A DNA stretch of 64,000 nucleotides. It comes from an uncultured SAR86 cluster bacterium. Lineage in GTDB: Bacteria; Pseudomonadota; Gammaproteobacteria; Magnimaribacterales; D2472. The notes beneath the pieces are model-generated. The model had not been told where the DNA came from and made no database searches. It was given only the letters and a program-made list of their open reading frames with translations. Within the stretch, counting starts at the first letter, position 1, and each line of letters starts with the position of its first letter. Positions 29,592-38,054 of the stretch are shown here, piece after piece. The translations under genes were made by a program, and so were the position numbers. The DNA lies in assembly GCA_902541175.1 (NCBI GenBank), contig CACBPP010000002.1, forward strand, positions 117,589 to 181,588. Reading direction: 5' to 3'.

Positions 29592-30946
29592 TCTTTGGTG
29601 AATTTAATTGGCATTTCTTGGATAGCGTGAACAAAATTATTTGGAGCCACCTTCCATTCACCATTCATTTCAAAATCTGGAAATCTCTTAAGAAATTGTG
29701 AATAAAATTCATTCAATTGCATCAAAGCAATTGGTTTACCAAGGCATGTATGCCTGCCTATACCAAAAGCAAGATGTTTTTCTGCATTTTCTCTTTGAAT
29801 ATTAAATTCATCTGGTTTATCAAAAATTTCTGGATCTCTATTTGCGGCTCCATACCATAATGCTATCTTTTCATGAGGACCAATCTTTTGACCACCTATT
29901 TCTGTTTCAATAAGAGATGTTCTTCTCATATGAATTACTGGTGAAACACATCTTACAGTCTCATTTATAAAACCTGGAAGTAAGTCATAATTATTAATTA
30001 ATAACTCTTTTTGATGCTGATTCTCATGAAGAAGTTTAATGCCGCCGCTCATTGTATTTCTTGTAGTGTCGTTACCTGCAAAAATTATTAACAGCCAAGA
30101 TCCATCTAGAAATTCATCAGAAAGCTCTTCACCTTCTATTTTTGCGTTAGCAATAGCACTCAAAAGATCATTTGAGGGATTCTTTCTTTTGTTTTTAAGA
30201 ATGAACCTTCCGTAATCAAACATTTCATCAACCATTGCATTAAACATATCTATCATCGCTGGATCTGGGGTTGAATCTGTCTTGCCCTCATTTTGCTCTT
30301 TTATCATTTCATAAGTAAAGTATTGGGCTAATTCAAGAAATTCCATCCAAGAGACTAATTTTTGTCTGTCTTCATCCGGAATTCCAAGTATTTCTGAGAG
30401 AGTATAAATAGGTAATTGTTGAGATACTTCTTTAACAAGATTGCACTCACCCATTGGAGCAATTTGATCCAATAACTCAGTAACTTTCAAAGAAACTTTT
30501 TGTTTTAATTCATCTACGTACCCAGGTTTAAAAAATGGCATATGTTCTTTTCTGAGATTAATATGCATCTCTCCATCTAAATTTAACATATGGTCTATAG
30601 TTGATTTAAATAATTTAGGATGTCTATTTTCTTCTGATCCTAGTGTTAGCATATTGCCAGTAGCATATTGCGACGAAAAAATTTTTGGATTCATTGATAC
30701 GTACTTTATATCTTCATATTTAGTTAATACCCAATAACCCGGCTCAGGATCCATAGGCATAGGATCATGAAAATATATTGGTGCATTTTCTCTAAGCTCT
30801 TTATAAAGACTGAAGGGTTGCCCTTTAGTGAAGAGTTCTAAATCATTTAATTTACCTGATGCATCAAAGTTATGCTTTTCTTCAAAAGCAGGAGAATTGA
30901 TCTCATGATCAATAATTTCATCTGATAATATAAATCCCCTAGACAT
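29588..30946 (-). CDS. cytochrome P450 monooxygenase
   Basis: It carries I-helix AGNDTT, ExxR (ETVR) and the heme-thiolate loop FGIGRHTCLG. Confidence 0.9.
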   Translation of the reverse strand: MSRGFILSDEIIDHEINSPAFEEKHNFDASGKLNDLELFTKGQPFSLYKELRENAPIYFHDPMPMDPEPGYWVLTKYEDIKYVSMNPKIFSSQYATGNMLTLGSEENRHPKLFKSTIDHMLNLDGEMHINLRKEHMPFFKPGYVDELKQKVSLKVTELLDQIAPMGECNLVKEVSQQLPIYTLSEILGIPDEDRQKLVSWMEFLELAQYFTYEMIKEQNEGKTDSTPDPAMIDMFNAMVDEMFDYGRFILKNKRKNPSNDLLSAIANAKIEGEELSDEFLDGSWLLIIFAGNDTTRNTMSGGIKLLHENQHQKELLINNYDLLPGFINETVRCVSPVIHMRRTSLIETEIGGQKIGPHEKIALWYGAANRDPEIFDKPDEFNIQRENAEKHLAFGIGRHTCLGKPIALMQLNEFYSQFLKRFPDFEMNGEWKVAPNNFVHAIQEMPIKFTKE

Positions 30947-30969
30947 ACAGTAATTATAATTGATAATTT

Positions 30970-31950
30970 TTAAAGTCTCTCATATTCAATCCAATCAATT
31001 ATAAATCTATGACTATCAGGATTTTCTTTATTTGAGCAGGCTCGATCACTGCAAAATGCATCAAAATCAACCCAATAATCATCATATTTACCTCCAACCG
31101 CTACATTTAAAATCATGTAGTAATCTCTATTGAATGGGTACTTATATTTTTGAAATTCTGGATGATCAGAATTTATAGTGAAATATGGATCTGGAGAATT
31201 ATCAAGATAAAAAGCAATGTAATTTTCCTTCCATACCAAAGATATAGAATGAAATTTGTCCTGGAAGCGAACCTGCCTTGGAATTAAAGCTTCACCCACA
31301 AGTGTAGATTTTTTGTTCCATTGTTTGCCAAAATGAAGAGCAGAGCTTGAAATATTAGATATTCTGCCTCTATTTTCTAAAATATCAATTTCTCCTCCAA
31401 CTGGCCATCTAATATCTTCACTTGGCATCAACCAAAATGCAGGCCAAAATCCAATTCCTTTTGGAACCTTGAAGCATATTGAAATTTTTGATGGATAGGA
31501 AAAAGATTTAAGATTTTTGGTATTAATTCTTGCTGAGGTAAAGTTATATGCAGCTTCACCGCTGCTAATTCTTGATTTATCTTTTCTATATATAGGTTGT
31601 ATTTTTAAATACCCATTTTCAATAAAAAGATTTTTAGACGTATTGGTATTACCTTCTGAATTTCTTGGCTTTGTATAATACTGAAGTTCTCCATTGCCCC
31701 AACCACTAATAAATTCTTTTCCATCGTAAAAACCATTTGTTGTCGAATAATTCCATGTATTAGGTGATAAAAAGTTTTTGTTAAATTCTTCAGACCATAC
31801 TAAATCTTCCTTGCTTGCTCTTTGCTTGCAATAAGAGGTTCTATCCTCTTTATATGCATCTAAATTAACTATTGTGGTTTCAATAATATCTCCTTCATCA
31901 GAGCTAATGAATAACGAGAATGAAAAAAGAAATAACTTTAAAATTTTCAT
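30970..31950 (-). CDS. glycoside hydrolase family 16 (laminarinase-type beta-1,3-glucanase), secreted
   Basis: The catalytic motif E-I-D-I-L-E is present in WPVGGEIDILEN, with a signal peptide MKILKLFLFSFSLFISS. The listed ORF start at 32058 runs through tRNA-Leu, so I trimmed it to the ATG at 31950. The ATG at 31962 is an alternative. Confidence 0.85.
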   Translation of the reverse strand: MKILKLFLFSFSLFISSDEGDIIETTIVNLDAYKEDRTSYCKQRASKEDLVWSEEFNKNFLSPNTWNYSTTNGFYDGKEFISGWGNGELQYYTKPRNSEGNTNTSKNLFIENGYLKIQPIYRKDKSRISSGEAAYNFTSARINTKNLKSFSYPSKISICFKVPKGIGFWPAFWLMPSEDIRWPVGGEIDILENRGRISNISSSALHFGKQWNKKSTLVGEALIPRQVRFQDKFHSISLVWKENYIAFYLDNSPDPYFTINSDHPEFQKYKYPFNRDYYMILNVAVGGKYDDYWVDFDAFCSDRACSNKENPDSHRFIIDWIEYERL

Positions 31951-31961
31951 TTTGTATTTCA

Positions 31962-32046
31962 TGGTAGGGATGGAGGGAGTCGAACCCCCACGCCTTGCGG
32001 CACTTGGTTCTAAGCCAAGCGTGTCTACCAGTTCCACCACATCCCC
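31962..32046 (-). tRNA. tRNA-Leu (anticodon UAG), class II with long variable arm, encoded CCA
   Basis: The reverse complement folds as acceptor GGGGATG/CATCCCT (G1-U72 wobble) with a 3-bp D stem GTG/CAC. The anticodon stem is CTTGG/CCAAG with loop CTTAGAA. The variable arm is TGCCGCAAGGCGT, the T arm is GGGGG-TTCGACT-CCCTC, and it ends in A-CCA. Confidence 0.9.
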
Positions 32047-32056
32047 AGGCATATGC

Positions 32057-32086
32057 ATTATATATAGATATATTGTCTAAGTGGAA
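32057..32086 (-). promoter_or_regulatory. putative sigma-70 promoter of tRNA-Leu (and possibly the downstream genes)
   Basis: On the minus strand, TTCCAC (-35, 32086-32081) and a perfect TATAAT (-10, 32062-32057) are separated by an 18-nt spacer. The -10 element ends 10 nt before tRNA position 1. Confidence 0.4.
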
Positions 32087-32092
32087 AAATTT

Positions 32093-32491
32093 TTAAAGAT
32101 CGTAATTAAGTAAATTTTTTCTTTGTCTGTGAATTATTGTCAGGCCGATGAGTGTAAGAACACCTAAAATTGTTGCGATGACATCATGAAAATGATAACC
32201 CTCGTAATATAATCCACAAGCTTTTCCTAGTAGCATGAATGCACACAAATAAATTAAAACTGTTCCGAGTTGGACTTTTGATGAGGAAAAAATAAACCGA
32301 ATAAGAATATAGCCAGATGCTACAAAGACTCCAGACATTGTTCTAATAAAATTAGCTAAGGGAGTATATCTTTCTACACCATCAAAGGCTGGATACCAAG
32401 ACACAAACTCTGGTCCAAACATTGCCCATAAACCCATTACCATTGAAGTAACACCAATTATGAGTAAATATCCTTTAATTATAAAGCTCAT
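32093..32491 (-). CDS. small membrane protein (4 TM)
   Basis: The profile is hydrophobic. I trimmed the start to MSFIIKGYLL at 32491, which gives an ATGA overlap with the upstream small ORF. Confidence 0.5.
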   Translation of the reverse strand: MSFIIKGYLLIIGVTSMVMGLWAMFGPEFVSWYPAFDGVERYTPLANFIRTMSGVFVASGYILIRFIFSSSKVQLGTVLIYLCAFMLLGKACGLYYEGYHFHDVIATILGVLTLIGLTIIHRQRKNLLNYDL

Positions 32492-32700
32492 AAAACTCCC
32501 AGCATATACAATGCAAGCATGAAAGAAAGGCCGCCAAATGCCATCCATATGTACATTTCTTTATAATTGTTAAATTTATATGAATTAATTGCAAGAAAAC
32601 AGCAAAAAATTGGTGCTATTACAAGAATTCCATACCCAACTAATATAGCTAGAGGAATAAACGCAAGGAATAAAAAAACCTGTAAAACAAACCTATTCAC
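32488..32700 (-). CDS. small membrane protein (2 TM)
   Basis: The 70 aa product is hydrophobic and is translationally coupled (ATGA) to the next gene. No family was recognised. Confidence 0.4.
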   Translation of the reverse strand: MNRFVLQVFLFLAFIPLAILVGYGILVIAPIFCCFLAINSYKFNNYKEMYIWMAFGGLSFMLALYMLGVL

Positions 32701-32721
32701 ATTTATATATTAAATAAATTG

Positions 32722-33375
32722 TTAATTTTGAACAACTTTATCGTTGTTTATAGAATTCTGAACACTCGATATCTGTGTTTGAATCTCTAATATCACCTGA
32801 TTTAGTTGATTTCTATAGTTATTAAGTGCCTGAACAGAATCATCAAGCAATATCAATTGAGTATCAATATTATTCAAACTTAATTTCAGGGAAATTAAGT
32901 CCTCAGAAGATAGACCTAGGTCATCAATTTTTTTTATATTTTTATTAACACTATCTTGTGTTGATAACAAATTCTTTTGATTTGTTTCGATATCATTTCT
33001 TATAGTTAACAACAATTTTTCTATTTCATTAGTTTGTTCTTTAAGTTTTTGAATATCTACTTTATTTCTTTTATTGCTTAAATCCCATAATTTTCTTATT
33101 TCTTTATCAAGAAATTGTATTGATGAAGTTATATCAGTCATAGAATCATTATTTGTTTCATCAACAATGTTAATTTGCTCTTCAATAAGTGAAAGTCTCT
33201 CATCCACTAATTTCATTGATGATTTGTTATTTTCAGACTCAAAAGTTTGCCATATAGCTAAAAATAAAATGCTCATAAACGCAATTACATATATAAATCC
33301 TATTAGAAGACCCCCTTTTGAAGATTTCTCAAGGTAAGAAGGTAGATTTTTTGTAATTTTAAGTTTACTAGCCAT
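32722..33375 (-). CDS. membrane-anchored coiled-coil protein, unknown function
   Basis: An N-terminal TM segment (LLIGFIYVIAFMSILFLAIW) is followed by about 170 aa of heptad-like, Asn/Gln/Leu-rich sequence. Confidence 0.5.
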   Translation of the reverse strand: MASKLKITKNLPSYLEKSSKGGLLIGFIYVIAFMSILFLAIWQTFESENNKSSMKLVDERLSLIEEQINIVDETNNDSMTDITSSIQFLDKEIRKLWDLSNKRNKVDIQKLKEQTNEIEKLLLTIRNDIETNQKNLLSTQDSVNKNIKKIDDLGLSSEDLISLKLSLNNIDTQLILLDDSVQALNNYRNQLNQVILEIQTQISSVQNSINNDKVVQN

Positions 33376-33444
33376 TGATAATTAAAATTCAAACGTATTT
33401 AGCATATAATAATTGTTTATTTTACCTTAACTTAAAACTTTATA

Positions 33445-34557
33445 ATGAATTTAGATTTTTCAGACGATCAAAAGTTTCTTCAAGAAGAAGCAAGAAAATT
33501 CTTAGAAAAAGAAAATTCCCTATTGCGAAATAGGACAGTTTTAGAAAATCAGTCATATTTTGATCAAGAGCTATGGTCGAAGATTGTTGAGCTTGGGTGG
33601 ACTGGTATTAGAATTCCTGAAGAATTTGATGGTCTTGGTTTAGGACATCTGGAGCTATGTGTTATTGCTGAAGAGCTTGGAAGATTTTTAGCCCCAGTTC
33701 CTTTCTCATCTTCTGTATATTTATTCACAGAAGCAATAATTAAGTATGGAAGCGAGGAAATGAAGAAAGATCTTCTTCCGAAATTAGTATCTGGAGATGT
33801 TATTGGAACCTTGGCGGTAACAGAAGATCTATTTGCACCTTCACAAGATAATATTAAATTATCTTGTGAATCAGGAAAAATAAATGGCAAGAAAATTGCT
33901 GTGCCTGACGCGAGCATTGCAACTCATGCATTAGTTGTTGCTAAATCAGAAAAAGGTATTTGTCTTCAAATTGCTGATTTATCTCATGAAGGGGTTTCAA
34001 TTGAACACCAGGAGAATATTGATGAAAGCAGAGGTCATTTCTCAATAACATTCGACGGTGTAGACACTCAAGCTATTGGTGATGACATTTCTGGATGGGA
34101 TATTTATGAATCAATTATTAATCAAGCAGCAGTTCTCTTTGCTTATGAACAAATTGGAGGTTCTCAAGCATCACTTGATATGGCCGTTAATTATGCAAAA
34201 GAAAGATATGCTTTTGGACGACCAATAGGCTCCTATCAAGCAATTAAGCATAAACTTGCTGATATGTATATTGCGCTCACTCTTGCAAAATCAAATTGTT
34301 ACTATGCTGCTTGGGCATTATCAACTGATTCAGCTGATCTCCCTTCAGCATCAGCAACAGCACGTGTTAGTGCAATCAAAGCTTATCAATTATGTTCCCA
34401 AGAAAATATTCAAACTCATGGCGGAAATGGATTTACATGGGAATATGATTGCCATATGTTTTATAGACGATCTAAGCTTTTATCATTAAATCTTGGGTCT
34501 CTAAGTAATTGGAGAGAAAAATTAGTTACTAGTTTAGAACAATCAAATATTAATTAG
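33445..34557 (+). CDS. acyl-CoA dehydrogenase-fold protein with degenerate cofactor/catalytic motifs (possible non-catalytic subunit)
   Basis: The ACAD fold is recognisable (QTHGGNGFTWEYDCHMFYRR). The usual xTEPxAGSD motif reads AVTEDLFAPSQDN, and I could align no Glu at either known catalytic-base position. Confidence 0.75.
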   Translation: MNLDFSDDQKFLQEEARKFLEKENSLLRNRTVLENQSYFDQELWSKIVELGWTGIRIPEEFDGLGLGHLELCVIAEELGRFLAPVPFSSSVYLFTEAIIKYGSEEMKKDLLPKLVSGDVIGTLAVTEDLFAPSQDNIKLSCESGKINGKKIAVPDASIATHALVVAKSEKGICLQIADLSHEGVSIEHQENIDESRGHFSITFDGVDTQAIGDDISGWDIYESIINQAAVLFAYEQIGGSQASLDMAVNYAKERYAFGRPIGSYQAIKHKLADMYIALTLAKSNCYYAAWALSTDSADLPSASATARVSAIKAYQLCSQENIQTHGGNGFTWEYDCHMFYRRSKLLSLNLGSLSNWREKLVTSLEQSNIN

Positions 34558-34567
34558 GAAAGTAAAT

Positions 34568-35791
34568 ATGGATTTTAACGACACAAAAGAAGAAGCAAAA
34601 TTTAGAAAAAAATGTAGAGATTGGCTTGAAAAAAATGCTACCTATAAAGAAGATTCAACACCTCAAAATGATGATTTTGCAAATAAAGATAAAATGAAAG
34701 CAGCTAAAGCATGGCAAAAAAAGAAATATGATGCTGGATGGGCAATGCTTCATTGGCCAGAAGAATATGGTGGAATTGGTGCTAGTTCAATGGAAAGGAT
34801 TATATGGGCTAACGAAGAAGCTAAGTTTGATGTGCCAAAGGGAATTTTTGAAATTGGTTTAGGTATGTGTGGTCCAGTGATGATGGAGTATGCTTCGGAG
34901 GAGCAAAAAGAAAGATATTTACCACCAATGGCTGAAGGTAAAGAAATTTGGTGTCAATTGTTTTCTGAACCTTCAGCAGGTTCAGATGTAGCTGGTCTCA
35001 GAAGTAAAGCAGTTCAAAAAGGTGATAAGTGGATTATTAATGGTCAGAAAGTCTGGACATCTGGTGCTCATTTTTCAGATTATGGAATTTTGGTGGTAAG
35101 ACATGATCCAGGCATAGAAAAACACAAAGGTATGACATTCTTCTTTGTTGATATGAAATCACCAGGCATTGAGATAAAGCCAATAAAGCAAATTACTGGT
35201 GGTTCAAGTTTCAATGAGGTTTATTTCACTGATGTAGAAATTCCTGACTCTCAAAGACTTGGAGAAATTGGTGATGGCTGGAAAGTTGCCATAACAACAT
35301 TAATGAATGAAAGACTTGCCGTTGGCGATGCAGGTGGAGCGGATGTTGAGGATGCCTTTAGATGGGCAAAAACTCAAGATAATCTAGGAGAGCCCCTTTT
35401 AAATAACAAAGCAGCGAGAGAATCTATTGCTGATTGGTATTGTGAAAAAAGTGGCCTTAAAAATACAAAGCTAAGAACAATGTCTGCACTTTCTAGAGGA
35501 GATACTCCTGGTCCTGAGGCATCAATAACTAAGATTGTGAGCGCTGGAAAACTTCAAAATATTGGTAATTTTGGAATAGATTCACTCGACATGGCTGGCA
35601 TGCTAAGAACAGATAATAATGATGTAAAAGGTTTTCAAAATGCCTGGTTGGGCGCACCTGGAATGAGAATAGCTGGTGGAACAGATGAAATCCTAAGAAA
35701 CATCATTGCTGAAAGAGTGCTTGGACTTCCTCAAGATCCACGAGCTGATAAAGGTGTTGCATTTAAAGACATACCATCTGGTAATTCTTAG
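34568..35791 (+). CDS. acyl-CoA dehydrogenase
   Basis: It has an intact LFSEPSAGSDVAG, KVWTSGAHFSD, a helix-G LMNER that could supply an IVD-type catalytic Glu, and the C-terminal AGGTDEILRNIIAERVLG. It starts 10 nt after the previous ACAD gene. Confidence 0.85.
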   Translation: MDFNDTKEEAKFRKKCRDWLEKNATYKEDSTPQNDDFANKDKMKAAKAWQKKKYDAGWAMLHWPEEYGGIGASSMERIIWANEEAKFDVPKGIFEIGLGMCGPVMMEYASEEQKERYLPPMAEGKEIWCQLFSEPSAGSDVAGLRSKAVQKGDKWIINGQKVWTSGAHFSDYGILVVRHDPGIEKHKGMTFFFVDMKSPGIEIKPIKQITGGSSFNEVYFTDVEIPDSQRLGEIGDGWKVAITTLMNERLAVGDAGGADVEDAFRWAKTQDNLGEPLLNNKAARESIADWYCEKSGLKNTKLRTMSALSRGDTPGPEASITKIVSAGKLQNIGNFGIDSLDMAGMLRTDNNDVKGFQNAWLGAPGMRIAGGTDEILRNIIAERVLGLPQDPRADKGVAFKDIPSGNS

Positions 35792-35796
35792 TTAAT

Positions 35797-37512
35797 TTAT
35801 CTAAATTTGCTAAGGAATTGGAGAAATTCAACCGAACCTCCTTCTATTTGCATGTCTCCTGATGCAATAGATGTAACGGGGTTGGATAATCCAGTTAAAA
35901 CTTTTTTAAGTTCTATTTCGTCGGTAAAAACAGTAATCGAGCACATATCTTGATTTGAATTACTGATAACTGCTACTTGATTTCTTATGGTAATGTTTTT
36001 TGTTAATCCTGAAGAAAAAATAAAACAAACAGTTATGTTTTCTTCAATATTTTTCGGATTATATCTTGTAGATAAAACATCAAATAATGTGCTCATTGAA
36101 ATATATTCTAATAGTTCTTCAGAAGTCCTATCCAACAATGAAGGTTCAACATAATCTGAGCTCAACTCAAAAGCTGAGGTTAAAAAATAGTTTCTTTTAT
36201 TTGGATTTGATGATCTTGAACCTTCGTATAACAAAGCATCTATTCTTAAGTTTCTTACTTCCTCGGTAAAATTATCTAATGCGATTAAATAATCACTCAG
36301 TTCAAGTGCCCATTGCATATCATTATTACTAACCGCGATCCTTAGATCCTCAATCAAAACATTTATGTCTCCAGCAAGATTTAACACTCTTTTTGCTTTT
36401 TCTTCTCTTGAAAGCGGATCTAGTTCAGATGGATTACCGCTAAACCATCCTAAGTATCCATTAAATATGCTCTTAACAGACCATCTAACAGTTCCATAGA
36501 ATTCTTTTAAATATGGGGAATTTACTATGCTATCGGGTAATTCTATCTTTTCAGCAATCTCATCTGGATACATTCCTTGATTCATTAATCTAATTGTTTG
36601 GTCGTGAACATATTGAATAGCATCTCTGTAAACATTTAAGACATCTTGTATTACATCCTTTCCTATAATTGGTTTAGTGTGACTTGGAAAAAGAAATTCT
36701 GGATTAAATGTTTTCATATGATCTAGGCTTTCTATCCAGCCTTTTACATCTCTATGTGTGGTACCTCTTATGGTGTATAAGTTTGGAAAAGTCTTATATA
36801 CATTATCTCCTGGCATTAGAGATTTGTGATTAGGCAACCATACAAAAATCTGATCATTTGTTTCACCAGGTGCATGATACATCTCAATTTCTATACCAGA
36901 AATATTGATTTTTAGCTCATCTTCAAAAGTTAAATCTGGCTTTACATATCCTGTTGGTGATTTTGAAACACTTAAGTTTGGACCTATGCCAACATTAATT
37001 AAATCTTCTTCAGGTAAGGTAGTGCCAAACATTCTTGTGCTACGAGCAGCAATAATAGGATTAAGAATCCCCATTATTCTTTGAACATAAAAGTCAGTAT
37101 CTTCATGAGCGATAATTTGCGGCCTTTCTTCTTGAATATTAAGATAATATTGTGTCCCAAAAGTATGATCTCCATGGTTGTGCGTGTAAATAATCGCTTT
37201 AATTGGATTTGAATTTTTTTGTTTGAATAAGTTATAGACCTTTTCCGCCTCGTACATGCTATCAGCAGCATCAATAATAATGTTTCCACCATTACCCTCA
37301 ACCATTATTGAATTTGCAATGCCAAATCCAATTGCAAAGTGAATGAGTCCGCCAGGAGTATCATAAGATAATACTTTTTGCTCAAATTCTTCTGAATGAG
37401 AAATAAGATCTTCAACTTCAGATGAATAAGGAATATCAATTTTTTTACTATCAGAATTTGAACATCCTGTAACGACGACAAGTATTAAAAATATTTTAAA
37501 GAATTTATGCAA
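35797..37512 (-). CDS. alkyl/aryl-sulfatase of the metallo-beta-lactamase family (SdsA1/BDS1-like), lipoprotein
   Basis: The MBL motif H-N-H-G-D-H is present in IIYTHNHGDHTFG, with lipobox VVTGC. The C-terminal region is of the SCP2-like type. It is 571 aa. Confidence 0.75.
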   Translation of the reverse strand: MHKFFKIFLILVVVTGCSNSDSKKIDIPYSSEVEDLISHSEEFEQKVLSYDTPGGLIHFAIGFGIANSIMVEGNGGNIIIDAADSMYEAEKVYNLFKQKNSNPIKAIIYTHNHGDHTFGTQYYLNIQEERPQIIAHEDTDFYVQRIMGILNPIIAARSTRMFGTTLPEEDLINVGIGPNLSVSKSPTGYVKPDLTFEDELKINISGIEIEMYHAPGETNDQIFVWLPNHKSLMPGDNVYKTFPNLYTIRGTTHRDVKGWIESLDHMKTFNPEFLFPSHTKPIIGKDVIQDVLNVYRDAIQYVHDQTIRLMNQGMYPDEIAEKIELPDSIVNSPYLKEFYGTVRWSVKSIFNGYLGWFSGNPSELDPLSREEKAKRVLNLAGDINVLIEDLRIAVSNNDMQWALELSDYLIALDNFTEEVRNLRIDALLYEGSRSSNPNKRNYFLTSAFELSSDYVEPSLLDRTSEELLEYISMSTLFDVLSTRYNPKNIEENITVCFIFSSGLTKNITIRNQVAVISNSNQDMCSITVFTDEIELKKVLTGLSNPVTSIASGDMQIEGGSVEFLQFLSKFR

Positions 37513-37521
37513 AATATACTT

Positions 37522-38034
37522 TTATAAAAAGCTTATCATTATCTCATCTACTAACATATTCGACGCATCGTCAGAAGATATTGATCTGCTAGAACCATCT
37601 CTCCATACTGTCACAACAGTCCAAAGTGTTTTGTCATCATCAAGATTTCTTAGATTTACTCTTAGTATGTTTTGAGTAACGTTATATACGTCATCTCTAT
37701 ACCTATAATAATCATAGTAATATCTTGAGTAGTAAAAATTCAACGGATCGGACTCTACTGTTTCTTTTGTAGTAAAATTTATATCGAAAACAATATTTGA
37801 ATCTTTATTGTATTTAAGGCCTCTTTGTTCAACTGCTGTTTTGAGATTTTCTTTAAATCTTTCAAGCACAATGGGGTTTACTTCAGCGCTTATATTTGTA
37901 TTGTTTATCTTTATATTAAATTCGTTATAATTACTTAAATTAAAAGTCTCGATTGAATCGGTCTTAATATTCGATTGAGTTGCAGTACAGCCTATAAGTA
38001 TTATTAAGCTTAAAAGTGATGTAATTTTATTCAT
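37522..38034 (-). CDS. lipoprotein of unknown function (DUF4136-like)
   Basis: It has lipobox LIGC and is 170 aa with a Tyr/Asp-rich middle. The family guess is weak. Confidence 0.45.
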   Translation of the reverse strand: MNKITSLLSLIILIGCTATQSNIKTDSIETFNLSNYNEFNIKINNTNISAEVNPIVLERFKENLKTAVEQRGLKYNKDSNIVFDINFTTKETVESDPLNFYYSRYYYDYYRYRDDVYNVTQNILRVNLRNLDDDKTLWTVVTVWRDGSSRSISSDDASNMLVDEIMISFL

Positions 38035-38054
38035 AAATTATTTATTATTGAAAT

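Noticed and set aside
21146-31961. I considered a genomic island integrated at tRNA-Val or tRNA-Leu.
   Set aside because: I recognised no integrase, transposase or phage gene, no direct repeat of either tRNA 3' end, and no visible compositional change. By-eye repeat searching is not exhaustive.
31951-32058. This is the N-terminal 36 codons of the listed 362 aa ORF (MHMPGDVVELVDTLGLEPSAARRGG...).
   Set aside because: This stretch is the antisense-frame translation of tRNA-Leu(UAG) at 31962-32046. The GH16 signal peptide starts at the internal MKILKLF, so I trimmed the CDS.
31874-32080. This is a 68 aa plus-strand ORF overlapping the tRNA-Leu locus.
   Set aside because: It reads through the tRNA gene and the GH16 start on the opposite strand, and it has no RBS or motif. 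It is an ORF-finder artefact.
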